Shown here in pieces: positions 11,369 to 47,857 of a stretch of DNA of 64,000 nucleotides. The stretch is from Chrysomallon squamiferum (taxonomy: Eukaryota; Animalia; Mollusca). Position numbers and translations under genes: made by a program. Under the pieces are notes generated by a model that was given only the letters and a program-made list of their open reading frames with translations, was not told the origin of the DNA and did not search any database. Each line of letters begins with the position of its first letter. The first letter of the stretch is position 1. The DNA is taken from the NCBI GenBank assembly GCA_012295275.1, contig CM022666.1, positions 14,012,001-14,076,000 of the forward strand, given 5' to 3'.

Positions 11369-12853
11369 TTAATCTCTTGGAATAATTTTAAGCTGATGAG
11401 ATTTAGGAACATTTGTTAGTCCAAACACTCCTTCAAGCGAAGGCAAAGTGTCCCCCTCTACTTTTACGAATTTAAATTTCTGGATCATGTTGGAGATGAA
11501 CAGAAACAGTTCCATTCTGGCCAGAGCTTCGCCCAAACATTTTCTTCGTCCAATGAAAAAAGGGATGTGTTCTTCAGGTACAACAGCTTTTCCATCCTCA
11601 TCAATATATCTCTCTGGTCTGAAATTTTCAGGATCTCCCCAGATCTTAGGATCACGAAGTACAGATTCAAGATTTGGAAAAATAATCACACCTTTAGGAA
11701 ATGTGTAACCTTTAAATTCCGTGTCGACAGAGGCTGTATGGGGTGCTCCTAAAGGTACAATATTTCCGAATCGTAAAGCTTCCAAAACTGTGGCCTCGAT
11801 GTAGGGAAGTTGTGACTTGTCTTTCAGAGTAACGGGACGAGAAGATCCTACTACAGATTCGATTTCTGAGAAACACTTTTCCTGGATTTCTGGGAAATAC
11901 AGAAAACACAGAAGAAGCCACCTGATTGTAGTAGAAGATGTTTCTGTTCCAGCCAAAAACAGATCACCTATAGTAACAAGAAGATTCTCTCTGTCCATGC
12001 TGGTATTTTCTTCTCCTGCTGATTCTTTTGATTTGATTTCTTTGATATAAGCACTGATGAAGTCGTCAATGTTGTCTTCGTCGTAGTTTTTCTCATGTTC
12101 TTCTATTATGGGAATTATGAACTCATTGTCCGTCTGTTTGATGTTTGAGATCGTGCGTTTAATTTTCAGGAAATCGCCTGGAAAGAAGCGAAGAATTGGT
12201 AGAAAATCCACCAATGTTGAAACAGACATGTTTTCTTGTAATACCTTCAGAAATTTTAAGAATTTCCGATCTTTATATTCGAATCGCTTACCAAAGACTA
12301 TCGTACAGATAATGTTGGAAACAGCATTATTTATAACAAAGCCCATGTCCGTCGCCATGTTTCTTCTGTTGTACAATTCCTCCGTGAAATAACGTATTTC
12401 TTCCTGAATTTTAGATTCCAAAATATTTCGTCCCATGCCGAAATTTCTGAGTGTTACTAGAGCAAATTTTCTTTGTTCTTTCCATGTGTGGCCTGCCGAC
12501 ATAATTATTCCCTTTCCTTTTGATAATAAATCTTGAACAGGCATTTCTGGGCGTTCTGTAAAGATATCACCGTTCTTTACAAAAGCCTCTTTTATATTTT
12601 CGTAGCCGTTAATTACGATAACGAGACGACTGCCGAAATACACACTGAAAATGTCTCCATACTTTACTTTCATTTTTCTGAATGCCACGAGAGGATTTTT
12701 TCCGATCTGAAAAATATTTCCGACGAGGGGTGGACTGAACAGCGGGCCTGGCGGAATTCCTTTCTGTCTTCTGGTAGACATCCACACGAAAAGACCAACA
12801 ACGGCGAAAACAAGAGCCGTTGTTACGTTGCTGGAAATGTCTGCTTCAAACAT
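11369..12853 (-). CDS. Cytochrome P450, clan 2 (CYP2-like), intronless, copy C, 494 aa
   Basis: All P450 motifs intact (AGTETS, EALR, PERY, FFIGRRKCLGE); N-terminal ~120 aa more diverged from A/B. Confidence 0.96.
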   Translation of the reverse strand: MFEADISSNVTTALVFAVVGLFVWMSTRRQKGIPPGPLFSPPLVGNIFQIGKNPLVAFRKMKVKYGDIFSVYFGSRLVIVINGYENIKEAFVKNGDIFTERPEMPVQDLLSKGKGIIMSAGHTWKEQRKFALVTLRNFGMGRNILESKIQEEIRYFTEELYNRRNMATDMGFVINNAVSNIICTIVFGKRFEYKDRKFLKFLKVLQENMSVSTLVDFLPILRFFPGDFLKIKRTISNIKQTDNEFIIPIIEEHEKNYDEDNIDDFISAYIKEIKSKESAGEENTSMDRENLLVTIGDLFLAGTETSSTTIRWLLLCFLYFPEIQEKCFSEIESVVGSSRPVTLKDKSQLPYIEATVLEALRFGNIVPLGAPHTASVDTEFKGYTFPKGVIIFPNLESVLRDPKIWGDPENFRPERYIDEDGKAVVPEEHIPFFIGRRKCLGEALARMELFLFISNMIQKFKFVKVEGDTLPSLEGVFGLTNVPKSHQLKIIPRD

Positions 12854-14894
12854 TGTAACTGCTTGTTGTTTGAATCTGTCACTCCGTGTTCTGGTGGGTC
12901 TGCACGTAAATTTTCAAAGTTTTGTCTGTGTTCCAAGTAATATTACAGCTCTTATTTGCACATGACTGATTCTCTCCTATGATCTCTGAACCAAGTAATC
13001 ACTCTTTACAAATTGTAGCCGCTGCAGCTGAAACAAAAAACGTAAATATTTTATAAAAACCAAAATGGCTGCCGAGTGTTTTTGTACTTGTTATCGTGTT
13101 GTTGTTTTTCAAAACAAGTGACGGACTGTCCACGTGCAGGGTCAGTTGAAACAGTTGAAGGTTTTCTTCACCGACTGCTGTCTTTTCGCCGAATGGATGA
13201 GAGATTATCGTCAAGAAATGCAGGTTTCTGAAAGGAGATCGACGCATTCACGTCTCTGCACATCAGTAAATGAGTCGTTTCTTTCTGCGCTACTGTACGC
13301 TAAGTAAATCGACAGTATGACGCATATGAAAGTCTACAGCACTGCGATTTAACTCCCTTGTCGTCAACCGTATCAGATTTTCCTATTATGCCGTAAGCTA
13401 TATTTAGCTCTAAGGTCAAATGTTACAGAAATTACTTCAGCGGTCAACAACTAGGTTCAGCCTGCGCAGATTTTTGGCCGCCGCCGAAGGTTATGGTTAT
13501 TACTGTTATTAAGATCGACAGTGGCTCCGTAGACTCATTTCTTACAGCTGAGAGAACATACCTTCGTTACAGGCGACTTGTGGAGCACAAAACAAACCGG
13601 GTTTGCTTTAAATCGATACCTTGCTCTAGCAGAATCTCGAGTGCACAGCAGAAATGATTTTACGTTTCAAAACGAGTTGTGATAGACCGTTAGTCGTGTC
13701 AACAGAGAGAAAGAGCATTTTAATGCGTGGCGATGGTGATATTTAAATGTCATGAAATATAATATAATTTTATTTCAGAATACTGGACTTTTTATTGCGA
13801 TAATAAATAAATAAATATTTAAACAAGACGATAGATACGTCCGTGTAGTACTAATAGTAATCAATAGTATCCTAAGTTATTAATAATCATATTGTAAATA
13901 CTCGTATACCACACGTAGTTCGTACCGTAGATATATATATATATATTTTTTTTTTATTGTCGAGCTTGTTGCTTCTCCTGTGTTACTGTTTTTCTCTCTT
14001 ATCTTTTTATTTCTTTGTATGATGTTGTTGTTGCTGTTTTTTTGTGTGTATTGTCCGCTATTTACTGGGGTAGTCAAGTGTGAAATAACAGTTGGCGCAA
14101 TCGGCAGCAGCAGAAACGCATTCGATTGGTTTACCCCAGTAAAACGGAATAGAGACATATTATTATCTCTCTTTGATCTGAACTCTAAATGATAAATAAG
14201 CTTTATGTTCGTCTCTCTGTCTGTCTGTCTGCCTGTTTAATTATGATAGTTACTGAGTGAATTAGCAAAGTTTTATTGTCAGGGGGTAATAATAACAATA
14301 ATAATTTAAAAATCCCATTAGAAAAGGTCTGTCTACATGGGAGGAGGTGGGATGTAATAACACTTCTGCTAGACAACAGCTCTAAGATCTTGTTTTGCGT
14401 CTTTGTACAAGAGACTGTAATTTAATAAGGGAATATTTCCATGTCTAGTCATTTCCTTGCGTCTGACTAAAAATAATAAAAAAAAAAAAAAAAATAATAA
14501 TAATATATATATATATTTTATATATGTGTATATATATATATATATATATAAAAAATTGAAAAAAAAAAAATAATAAAATAAAATAATAAAAAATAAAATA
14601 TCATTGTGTAATAAATCATATAGGACATGAAAAAAAAAATACAACAACAAAATAAAACAGTTGACTCGTATCACTTTGCATAAAAGACTTTACACATAAT
14701 ATGCGTTAAAATAAAAGTGTATTTCACAAGGAAAAGTCTGTAATGAATATTATGCAGAAGATTAGTATCACTTTATTTTGAAATGTCCTGTACACAATAC
14801 ATACTTCACTTACATGAGGAAATATCACTGGAAAAAACATGTCAGTTTTTACACTAGAGCAACCGATATGTGGTCTGAATAGAAACAAACTCAC

Positions 14895-15308
<414 letters not shown>

Positions 15309-15537
15309 CCAGGTCACCCACTCTGTACTGATATTTGAATGTCTCTGTTTGCACCTGTTGTCCACTACATAACAACAGATGCGTCGTCGCCTTTCATGAC
15401 CAACAGCAAAACTGCTCCACTGACTAGTGAACTGTGCAGTTGAGATAATTATATATTCGCTGACCCTAGCGCCATCTATCGAGAGAAAGCTCGATCTAGA
15501 GTTAGGCGTGTGACATACTCTCATTAGGCCAGTCATC

Positions 15538-20096
<4,559 letters not shown>

Positions 20097-20270
20097 TGTG
20101 TCTCAGCTGAACCAATCAACGGGCGCAATAAGTAACCTATGGACACATTTTTAATATGGAAAGGGCCGATTGGTCAATTTTGTGATGACGTCATCTCGAA
20201 GGTTACTTCTCTTGGTAATAACGATGATTAATCATTTAGTTATCATTAATCGGCTATTATTAGGCAGAAA

Positions 20271-20316
<46 letters not shown>

Positions 20317-20419
20317 CACAACAACAACCACAATAATATTTAGGTACCGATTCACAAAAGGAAATTGTATTTTTTATTTTTGTTTTATTTTGTTTTGTTT
20401 TTTGTTAGCGTTTTATTAC

Positions 20420-20495
<76 letters not shown>

Positions 20496-21539
20496 GAATA
20501 AAAATAAATGTTATTACATTTCTATTATACGAACACAGGCCATTTTCTATTTTATTATAACAGAACATTACTATTAATTGTATGAAACCCTGCTACTGTA
20601 TGGAACAGAATATTTCTAATGAAGGAGTCCAGAGTATTTCCATATTATGAAAATAATAACAACAACAACAATAATAATGATAAATAATGATAAAAAAATA
20701 ACAATGAAAAAAATATACAATGACTGTGTGTGTGTGTCATGTGTTTTTGTGTGTGTGTGTTTGTCTGTTTGTCTTTGTCTGTTTGTGTGTGTGTTTTTCT
20801 GTGCGTGAGTTGTGTTTTGTCCGTGTCTCTCTTTGTATTTTTGTGTGTGTGCGTGTGTAAATAAAATGAGCAGTTTTGAACCAAAGGTTAAACTCCACAT
20901 TAACAAACAGTATTTTCATTTTTTTTGGTTTCGAATTTATGAGAAAAGTGCACGCTACTATCACACGACTTCTGTTCCTCAGCCCAAAATGATAATTGTT
21001 ATTCACTGGAAAGATGATTTAATAATTTTATTTGTTAAAAGATCATTATGTGTGTACTGTATCAGTGAAATCACTTAAATCATTTAAGCCACGTTTTGAC
21101 ATTTAATGAAGGATTCAGACTAAACCATCTTTTGAACAAAGGCGTCTTTGCCTTCTCAAGTACATATGTGACTGACAGAAGGAGGGAAGGGATGAACGGT
21201 AGCCCCGCCCCCAGAGCTTGCAGTTGCCTGAACTACCCAACCCTTGTACTCTCCCCTCCCTGATACTCCTGTGTCAGCATGGCAATAAGATAATCACTGA
21301 TACTACTGTTACACTGATACTATTGATACACTGAGCACGCGCTCAGATTAATATATTCATGTAACAGTATCAATATATTATACATTCCGTGTATATTACC
21401 TTGACCCTTACTGCTTCGTTTTAATTCGTTCACGTGATCTGATTAGATAACAGTTATAACCTCTATAATGGGGCATACGTTTAACTAAGTGCATAGTTCA
21501 AGATTAGAGGGCTCAGTCAAATATTTGCAGTTTGCGACA

Positions 21540-21930
21540 GTGTTTGAAGAAGTATTTTCAAACAATGTTACAACGGGACTTGTCTTCGGCGTTATTGGTC
21601 TGCTTCTGTGGGCGTCTTTTCTCAGACCGAAAGGAATTCCACCAGGTCCTCTCTTCACCATACCAAAATGAGGACAGTGTAGGGACACCTTTTCAGCATG
21701 TGTATTGGAAATCGTCTTGTTGACGTTATTAACGGATAGAAAGCTTAGACACGAAATTCAGGAGGAGTTATACAACAGAAAAGAAAAACCAATAGACCCT
21801 GGCGATCTTATTCATAATGCAATCAGAGAGCGAATGTGTACTTTGACTAATAAAATATTTGCCTACAGATAAGCAGGAGGACTGCCACTCTTTGTTATAG
21901 TATTCAGGAAAACGTGTTTATTTCACTGGT
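21540..21930 (+). pseudogene. Truncated, internally deleted CYP pseudogene (5' part)
   Basis: ATG replaced by GTG, then VFEEVFSNNVTTGLVFGVIGLLLWASFLRPKGIPPGPLF, followed by frameshifted collinear patches (ggaaatcgtcttgtt, aaattcaggaggagttatacaacagaa, ttcaggaaaacgtgt). Confidence 0.88.
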
Positions 21931-22378
21931 TTACAATAAAACGTTTTTTCCATACTTCATATTTATTCTGTAAGTAGTAATACAATTTAGGTAAGCGACG
22001 ACGGAAGAAAGGAAACTGTAATTTGATGTCATACTGATGGCAAAGATAAAAATTCATTAGCAATGTGATTATTATTAGCAATAAAAATAAATGTTATTAC
22101 ACGGAACACTGATTTATAATAGATTATTTTTATTGTATAAAAACAGAACATTTCTATAGTGAGAACATACTGAGGTAATTTTTACCGAGTTACATAATTA
22201 TATTACTTTTACGCATAGTTCATATTTATTTTTATGCTTACGTGTTTTCAGCTTACAACAAACGTAACTTTTGTTACTTTATTTACTTATTGATTTATTT
22301 ATTTATTTTGTTATTAATTTTTTTATTATTACTATTACTATTATTATGATTATTACTATTACTACTACTACTTTACTA

Positions 22379-22415
<37 letters not shown>

Positions 22416-22580
22416 TGCTACTACTACTACCACTATTATTATTATTATTATTACTACTACTACTACTACTACTACTACTGCTACTGCTACCACTACTACT
22501 ACTACTATTATTATTATTATTTCTATTTATTAATAATTTTAGTATTCACACAGATAAACTGTATATTGTGGTTAAAGTTA

Positions 22581-24493
<1,913 letters not shown>

Positions 24494-24549
24494 TGTAAAT
24501 GCTCCTGAAATAGAAGTAAATTTAAAGAGAAATATATATATATAGACAC

Positions 24550-24592
<43 letters not shown>

Positions 24593-24790
24593 CAAACACG
24601 CACACACAGAGTTATATAGAAAGATTGATGTGAAATTATGATGTTTACGATATATTTGTTTGTGTGTGTGTTGTATCAAAGAGAGGGAAAGATGACAGCG
24701 ACAGTTATAATGACTACAACGAGGAGAAAACGATTTAGCAAAAAGAAAATGATAGAAACAAAAAGAGTTATAGTGTGTGCGTATATAAAT

Positions 24791-24829
<39 letters not shown>

Positions 24830-24988
24830 TAGACCAAGAGAATAATTATTCACAGAAAAATAGTAATAAAAAGAATAATAATGTTTTACTTGAAGTTAGG
24901 AAAACATTTATTTATGAACATTAACAGTATAAACGCACCACGTACCTTTCAAGAAAAACAAAATCCAGTCTCGATCTGTTTCCACCTT

Positions 24989-25303
24989 GCAAAGTATTTT
25001 AGTCAAAAATTCTGAACTGTTTTCTCTATTGCACCCTGCCAACCAGTAACAATCTCCACCTTGAGTCTACGTCTTATTTCTTAATCCGGATTACCGTGCG
25101 ATAATCCGCTGGTTAATCCAATGTGTTCTAATTACGTCAGTTAATTTGTTTCTGAAACGTTTGGTTAATTTTATTTGTTCTACGCAGTTAATGTGAGCAG
25201 AGAAATTGTATAATTATTTAATGGGAACCTTTGGTAATGAGACGAAAATTTAATTTAATTATATTCTGCGATTTTTTTTTCTTTAATTTGATTTGTTTGT
25301 TTA

Positions 25304-25360
<57 letters not shown>

Positions 25361-25415
25361 GTTATTGTTATTGTTATTGTTATTGTTATTATTATTTTTA
25401 TTGTTATTATTTTTA

Positions 25416-25449
<34 letters not shown>

Positions 25450-25475
25450 TGTTGTTGTTATTGTTGTTGTTGTTG

Positions 25476-25525
<50 letters not shown>

Positions 25526-25629
25526 TTATATATATATATATATATAATCCGGATTAAGAAATAAGACTTAGATATTGTTACTGGTGAAATAGAGAAAACA
25601 GTTCAGAATTTTGGACTAAAATACTTTGC
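24989..25629. repeat. Imperfect inverted repeat (arms 24989-25093 and 25545-25629)
   Basis: gcaaagtattttagtc.aaaattctgaactgttttctctatt...accagtaacaat...gtcttatttcttaatccggatta is present on opposite strands, with two small deletions in the right arm. Confidence 0.88.
25082..25119. promoter_or_regulatory. Cluster of TAATCC (K50 homeodomain-type) motifs
   Basis: Palindrome TAATCCGGATTA (25082-25093) plus TAATCC at 25102 and 25114; a second palindrome at 25545. Confidence 0.4.
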
Positions 25630-25937
25630 TTTAAAGTCTTTCGTTTTTTTTATACAAATACGTCATTCATGCAGTAATTACATTTGACAAGTGGTGTACA
25701 CGGAGCAAGAGAAATTATTTATGTTGAGAACCATTGTACAGTGAAGTTTTAAGACATTTTCCAGTATTACAGAGTGTTTTTCTGTTCTAAACAAACGTCT
25801 ACTTCTCATGGCTTTTAACACGAATCTCCAGTAATTTTTCTTGACGTACGGTGTGAAAGTGAACAAGACAAAATAAAGTGATATTCATCTTTTATATCAT
25901 TTTCCTATGAGCTCTAACTTGGCGTCGTCTCTTGTAA

Positions 25938-25981
<44 letters not shown>

Positions 25982-26087
25982 ATTTTCTTTGTTTTATTTA
26001 GGGAAGTTGGAGGGGTCTTTATATTTTGTGTGCATGTACAGGATCCATGACAACATTCAAACCCAAAATTTAATTTTATTATTATTA

Positions 26088-26118
<31 letters not shown>

Positions 26119-26323
26119 GTATGTCATTCTTGATTGATGATTATAAATGTATAATTAATGAGTTCATGCAAGCATTACAGAGAGATTTTGGACTTAAAAG
26201 TGTAATCGATCGGTTATAGACCCATTAATTTTCTTCTTAACAAAATAATAGACATATCAGACTTAATTAACCGCTGGGCAGAATAGCACAAAGATTTTAA
26301 TTAATTATGAATTCCTGATAAAT

Positions 26324-26354
<31 letters not shown>

Positions 26355-26929
26355 AACACACACATACAAACACACACCCACACAAATACACACACACACA
26401 CACACACACACAAACGAACACACACACACAAACACACACACACACAAATACACACACACAAACGCACGTGCGCGTATACACAAACACACTCATACAATTC
26501 CGGCGTCTTAACTTAGATTCTGACCTATACCAAATCCCACAGAAAGAGTTATCTAATCTTGAATTATTGCTAACGTTAATAATCCCCACTGTGAAACTGT
26601 AGTAAAAAAAATATGACGTAAGATTAATAGAGCGCATTTTCATGGATACGGAAATACGTTAAAGTTATTATTTTATTATTTTGAGTGATCTACCAACAGC
26701 CATAACAAAGTATGACTTAAAATAACAATGATTCAAAATATTTGAACACCGCCATTTTATCCCATCAAAACTGGAGTCGTGACGTCATGATGACTGGCAG
26801 AAGCTGATGTTAGACAATGTTATAGAACAAAACAATATCCGAGTTGTGTGTGATGACGTCACAACGATAGAAAAACATCAAGCACAAATACATTAAAACT
26901 ATTTTTACTCTTTTGTTGTTATAGTTCGC

Positions 26930-27043
<114 letters not shown>

Positions 27044-28202
27044 TCAGACTGATTCTTTTTATCACCAGAAGCATGCACACTTTAACCATAATATCTCCCA
27101 GTTTCTCAAAAAGTGTAACATATACTTCATTCTTTAATCATACATTTTATTATAAAATAAAGCCATAAATAAATTCACATACGAAATATTTCAACAATTT
27201 ATTGTCTATGAAAATAAATACATCTACATATATTTAATGTGTTAACAACTAAAGTGCTGTCATTAAACATGATTAATACGGTAAATACACAAAACACAAT
27301 CGTCAAATTAAAACAGCCGTTTTTAAAAACAAATTTCCAGCGGTTCCATGGACAGCAGTAATTGTTATTCTTGGAACCGTACATCCTAGAATATAACCTG
27401 GTCTAATTTATATATAAGAGCTTCTGTTGCCGTTTTCTTATTGGGGCATTACGGTAGGTTATTTAATAAGCTTCGAACGATAGCACGTCATTAAACAAGC
27501 GTATTTGTATTAAAACAGGATGTGATTGGGAACGAGGCTTGGGGGAATGGAGAATAAGAAATGGAGGGGGAAAGAATGAAAAAAAACTGGTGGAGGTGAG
27601 GGGGATAAAAACAAACAAATAAAAAACATGTTTATAACAAGTATAAGGATGAAGAAAGAAGAAGAAGAAGAAGAAGAAGAAGAAGAAGAATAAAGTAGAG
27701 CATGAAAAAGAGGACAAATACAAGATAAAAGAAGAAGGGAAAAGAATTAAGTTAAAAAAGGGAAATAATGAACAAAAAAGCGAAATAACTCGATAAAAAA
27801 AAAAAAAAAATACATTAAGTTATTTTTAATCAATAAATATTTAGGTTTGCAAAACGCTACATATATATAAAACCATATTTGACATTTCTGCTATTGCGGA
27901 ACTTTTTCATATATATATATATAAAACCATATAGTATCAAAACCAGAAGATATTTGACTGTTTCCCGTTATTCACGTTCGTTAGACTGAAACACTCTACT
28001 GATATTCTTATTTTCTTAATTTCATAGCACTCTACGCTCAGTTTTGACTAACAACGTGAGTAGTCTCCCTTCTCACAGTGTCTGTTCAGTTATATATAAA
28101 TATACAGACGTTTGAAGAATAAATGTAACATTGCTTAAACGCCATAAACGTAAATCAGTTAAAGTCCATAGATTTTAAGAAAGTAATAACAATAATAATT
28201 AC

Positions 28203-28270
<68 letters not shown>

Positions 28271-28274
28271 CAAC

Positions 28275-28340
<66 letters not shown>

Positions 28341-29211
28341 TAAATATATAAAATATGTTTTTAAAAAAGAAAGAAAGAAAAAGCATATTTTAAAAGGTTT
28401 ATATATTTTTTTTCTAAGTTCCTACGTTGTTCATTAACCAAAACTACTTAAATTGCATAGCCTTGGATTATTTGCTTACATAAATATTCACACACACGTT
28501 TTAGAAATGTACAATCAGGCTACATAGTCACATGTAGAGAACATGGCGTCTAGTACTTACAAGTCATCTATATATATAGCACAGTTTTTTTTATTATAAA
28601 TACAAAAATCATAATGTCACTGTTCAGATTTAACATTCATCACCAGAAATCCCTGTACTCTGTTTCATTTCACAACATCAACTGTTAGATATAAATAAAA
28701 TGTGTATAATTTCAAAATGTTTTGTCTCTTGTACATAGATATGTATGTCTACATTGGGTTTTTTTTTTCTTTTCTCTAAGCTGAATTATAGCGTAGGGTC
28801 TTTCTTCAGTAGTCCCATGCTTTGCAATCTAAACGTATTTTCTGAAGCAACACAAGAAGAAAGAATTCATAAGCAGACTTGATGGCGTTTAATTTGTGTT
28901 GTCTCATAGTCTCGTAATATTGCTTAATTTTTAATAATGTTTTATTTTCTAATTTTCTAAATTTCAGTTTTTTTCTTACTTATGAGGCAGTAATTATTGT
29001 TACTTAAACTCTCCTTTCTCTTTAGTCTTGTTTAAGCACAAACACAACAGGATATGTAACTCTTCTTTCGATATGCAGTGTGGTGCGTTCAGGAAATGGC
29101 GGACGTTACGTCACACCAATCCAAAATGGCAGCCGTGAATAGATAAAACTAAGCCAGTAGAATGAAGGACTGAAGCACAGTTCCTGGTTCACTGACGTCT
29201 GCTTTGAAATC

Positions 29212-44499
<15,288 letters not shown>

Positions 44500-44540
44500 T
44501 ATCCTGAAACGAAAATGAGAAATATTTTAGTTTATTTCAG

Positions 44541-44622
<82 letters not shown>

Positions 44623-44738
44623 GAAAAAAAACAAAAACAAAAGAAAAACAATCGTTTAAATGAAAGGTTACAATTTAAATATTTTTCAGAAATATATGTA
44701 TGTATGTATGTGTGTGTATGTGTGCGTGAGAGAGACAG

Positions 44739-44839
<101 letters not shown>

Positions 44840-45106
44840 AAAAGAGGGAATGTATTACAACCACAGACATCTATTTTTAACAGTTTCCACAATAATTCAG
44901 ATTATTTGAACATAGAAATGCAGGTTTTTGTTTCTTAGTAACTGATATATTAAGATAAACATACATGATTTATTTAAAACCAGTTTTGTTATTTTATAAT
45001 CGTAACACCTAAATGTTTATAACCCAGTAAAAACACTAAATAGTTGAATTAAGATAATTATATTTATGCATGCACATAAATGTTTAAATAAATATTAAGT
45101 AATTAA

Positions 45107-45194
<88 letters not shown>

Positions 45195-45260
45195 ATCGTT
45201 TCTTTTTCTTAAAGACAGATATTTTACTAACTCACAAACCGAGCCAAAAACCCACTGACT

Positions 45261-45291
<31 letters not shown>

Positions 45292-45726
45292 CGACAGACC
45301 GACAGGCAATAACAACAAAGAAGATACTCGCAAAGCAACATGCAGTCGAACATGCCAGACTTCTCACAAAAATTTGTAATACATGAATCAGTGGGGGTAA
45401 AGAAAATAAAAACGAATATCTGACGACAGTTATGTGATCTTTGCCAGTGTGTATTGCAAAATGACTAGGTATCTGGCCGCCGTTAGCAGCAATTAAAAAC
45501 AAATATACATAAAATAGAGTCATGCTGTATAATTTTGAAGCGCCAACATAAACGTAATATATTTACATACACATTCATCGGAACGCAAGTGTACTTGTCT
45601 ACGTTTCGTTAGACGGGTATTTGTTACAGATGCATATTAGATGAGATAAGATAGATAAACAGAAAAGAATGGGATAGGGTGTAGTACATAGATTAAAAAA
45701 AAATAATAAAAAATAAAAATAAAAAG

Positions 45727-45797
<71 letters not shown>

Positions 45798-46791
45798 TGA
45801 CGGTCTCGTTAGCAAGAGAAACACGGAACACACATGCACAGACATTCACAAATTCGTATACTGATAGGCAGAAGACGAAACGAGAATAAAAACTGACTAG
45901 CTAAAGCAATCGACAAGGATCTAACAGTTTAATGGCCAAATAATAAAAAGACTCAAAGTTTAAAATTTTATCTGCTGTGTTTTAGGTGTAACAGTATTTT
46001 GTTTCACACCTCGCTGCAGGTTCACTGACTGTCAATGAGATATCGTTATTTACGAGTTGCCGTTCTATACCATGTCAATGCAGGCCTGGATCCCGTTATA
46101 TAACTCTAAACAGCAAAATATCGAGGCGAACCGCGATCGGTTACGATAAACCCATTTATCTGCATTGATATTACACGCATCAGGCCCATCACGAAATAGG
46201 GCCATCACGTAAACCGCACAAACAACACAGTGATGAAAATTTTGACATGGTGTACATTTACCGCACCTACGTGTAAAGTATTATTATCGTTATCGGGAAA
46301 GACCGTATTCCGATTTCGTTTAAAAAATACTGATCCTATTTTTAACCGGCTTACGGAATCGCTTTATTTTATTTTTTTTTTTTTTTTTTTTTTTTTTCTT
46401 AGGTGGCGTAATTCGTTATAAACGTAGACGAAATTTGTTATTTTTAATGTCGGTTCGTTCGAAACTTAGACAGCTGATGTCTGTCACTCACGTGCTTTAT
46501 TTTCGCCTCTCTAACACGCGAATGTATTTTTATTAGGTAGTCGTCTGGTACATGCGGCCAAACATTATTAATCATAAGAAAGTGGTTTATATAAACTCTG
46601 TGTGTCTGTGTAACTGAATGCAGATTTCTAAAGGATAAGCAAACAGTAAGGAAACCCTCCGCTCCTTGTTTTTAAATTCTGTTTTAATAATGAAACTAAT
46701 AAACTGGAATCGCTCTGTTTTGAAATAGTGGATCCTGTCTTGCTTCTACTGCTGCTACTACAACTACGACTACGCCTATTCCTCCAACAGC

Positions 46792-46944
<153 letters not shown>

Positions 46945-47220
46945 ATAAGAAGAAGAAAAAAAAAAAATGAATTATGATAAACTGCTAAACAGTGCACGTA
47001 CTAATGAAAAACTATAGAATCATTTCAAACATGTCAAGACAAACAATTTATATATTAAACTGACAAAACGCATTTTTTTACTTGTTAACATATATATATT
47101 TTATATAATAATATAACAAATATGTAGTTACTCATAAAATAAAATACATATGTAACGCTATATAAACACAGATAGACAGATAGATAGAAAGATAGATAGA
47201 TAGGTAGATAAAATGCATAC

Positions 47221-47442
47221 CTGTTATTACAGTTAAGGCACAGCAAAAGGAACTCTGGCACAGGTGAACAGTTAGGACACGCGACAGAAGAAACTGCTCA
47301 TCCATGTTCCAGGAATCGAACAGAACTAAACAGAGTCACCATGATAGAATATTCCTTGAAATTCCTTCGCGATTCACCGCGGAATCTAAGAAGTTTGGTT
47401 TCTCTGTGTTTGGTTCAGAGCGGGGAGTAACACTTCTGTCAG
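47221..47442 (-). other. Probable 5'-UTR exon of the chordin-like gene, with upstream ATGs
   Basis: Acceptor cttacttccag at 47443 and donor CAG|gtatgc at 47220; complex sequence set among low-complexity DNA; no ATG in frame with the main ORF. Confidence 0.55.
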
Positions 47443-47570
47443 CTGGAAGTAAGATTTCAATTCTTCATTTTTTTATTTTATTTTTTTAAATTTTATTTAG
47501 AAACGATTAATTAAAAATTTATATGTTTTCGGAGTTTTCAATGGTTCATGCTTTTGTTATTAATGACTTC

Positions 47571-47601
<31 letters not shown>

Positions 47602-47814
47602 ATAATAATTTAATAAAAAATTAAATTTTTAAGAAAATGTTTAATTTAAAAGATATATTTTGTTTTATTTATTACGAATGAGTTAGTCGTCGTTTTATTT
47701 TATATTTTAATATAAATATAAATACATATATATAAAAAATAATTTTTTTATGGCATTCCTTCGTAACAGATTAATTCAATCTGTTTCAGAATTTCTAACA
47801 GATTTATTCCTTTT

Positions 47815-47857
<43 letters not shown>

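Noticed and set aside
26745-26865. YY1-like CCGCCATTTT plus two TGACGTCA (CRE) motifs
   Set aside because: No associated transcript is evident, and TGACGTCA recurs at several unrelated places in the window; the motif alone is insufficient.
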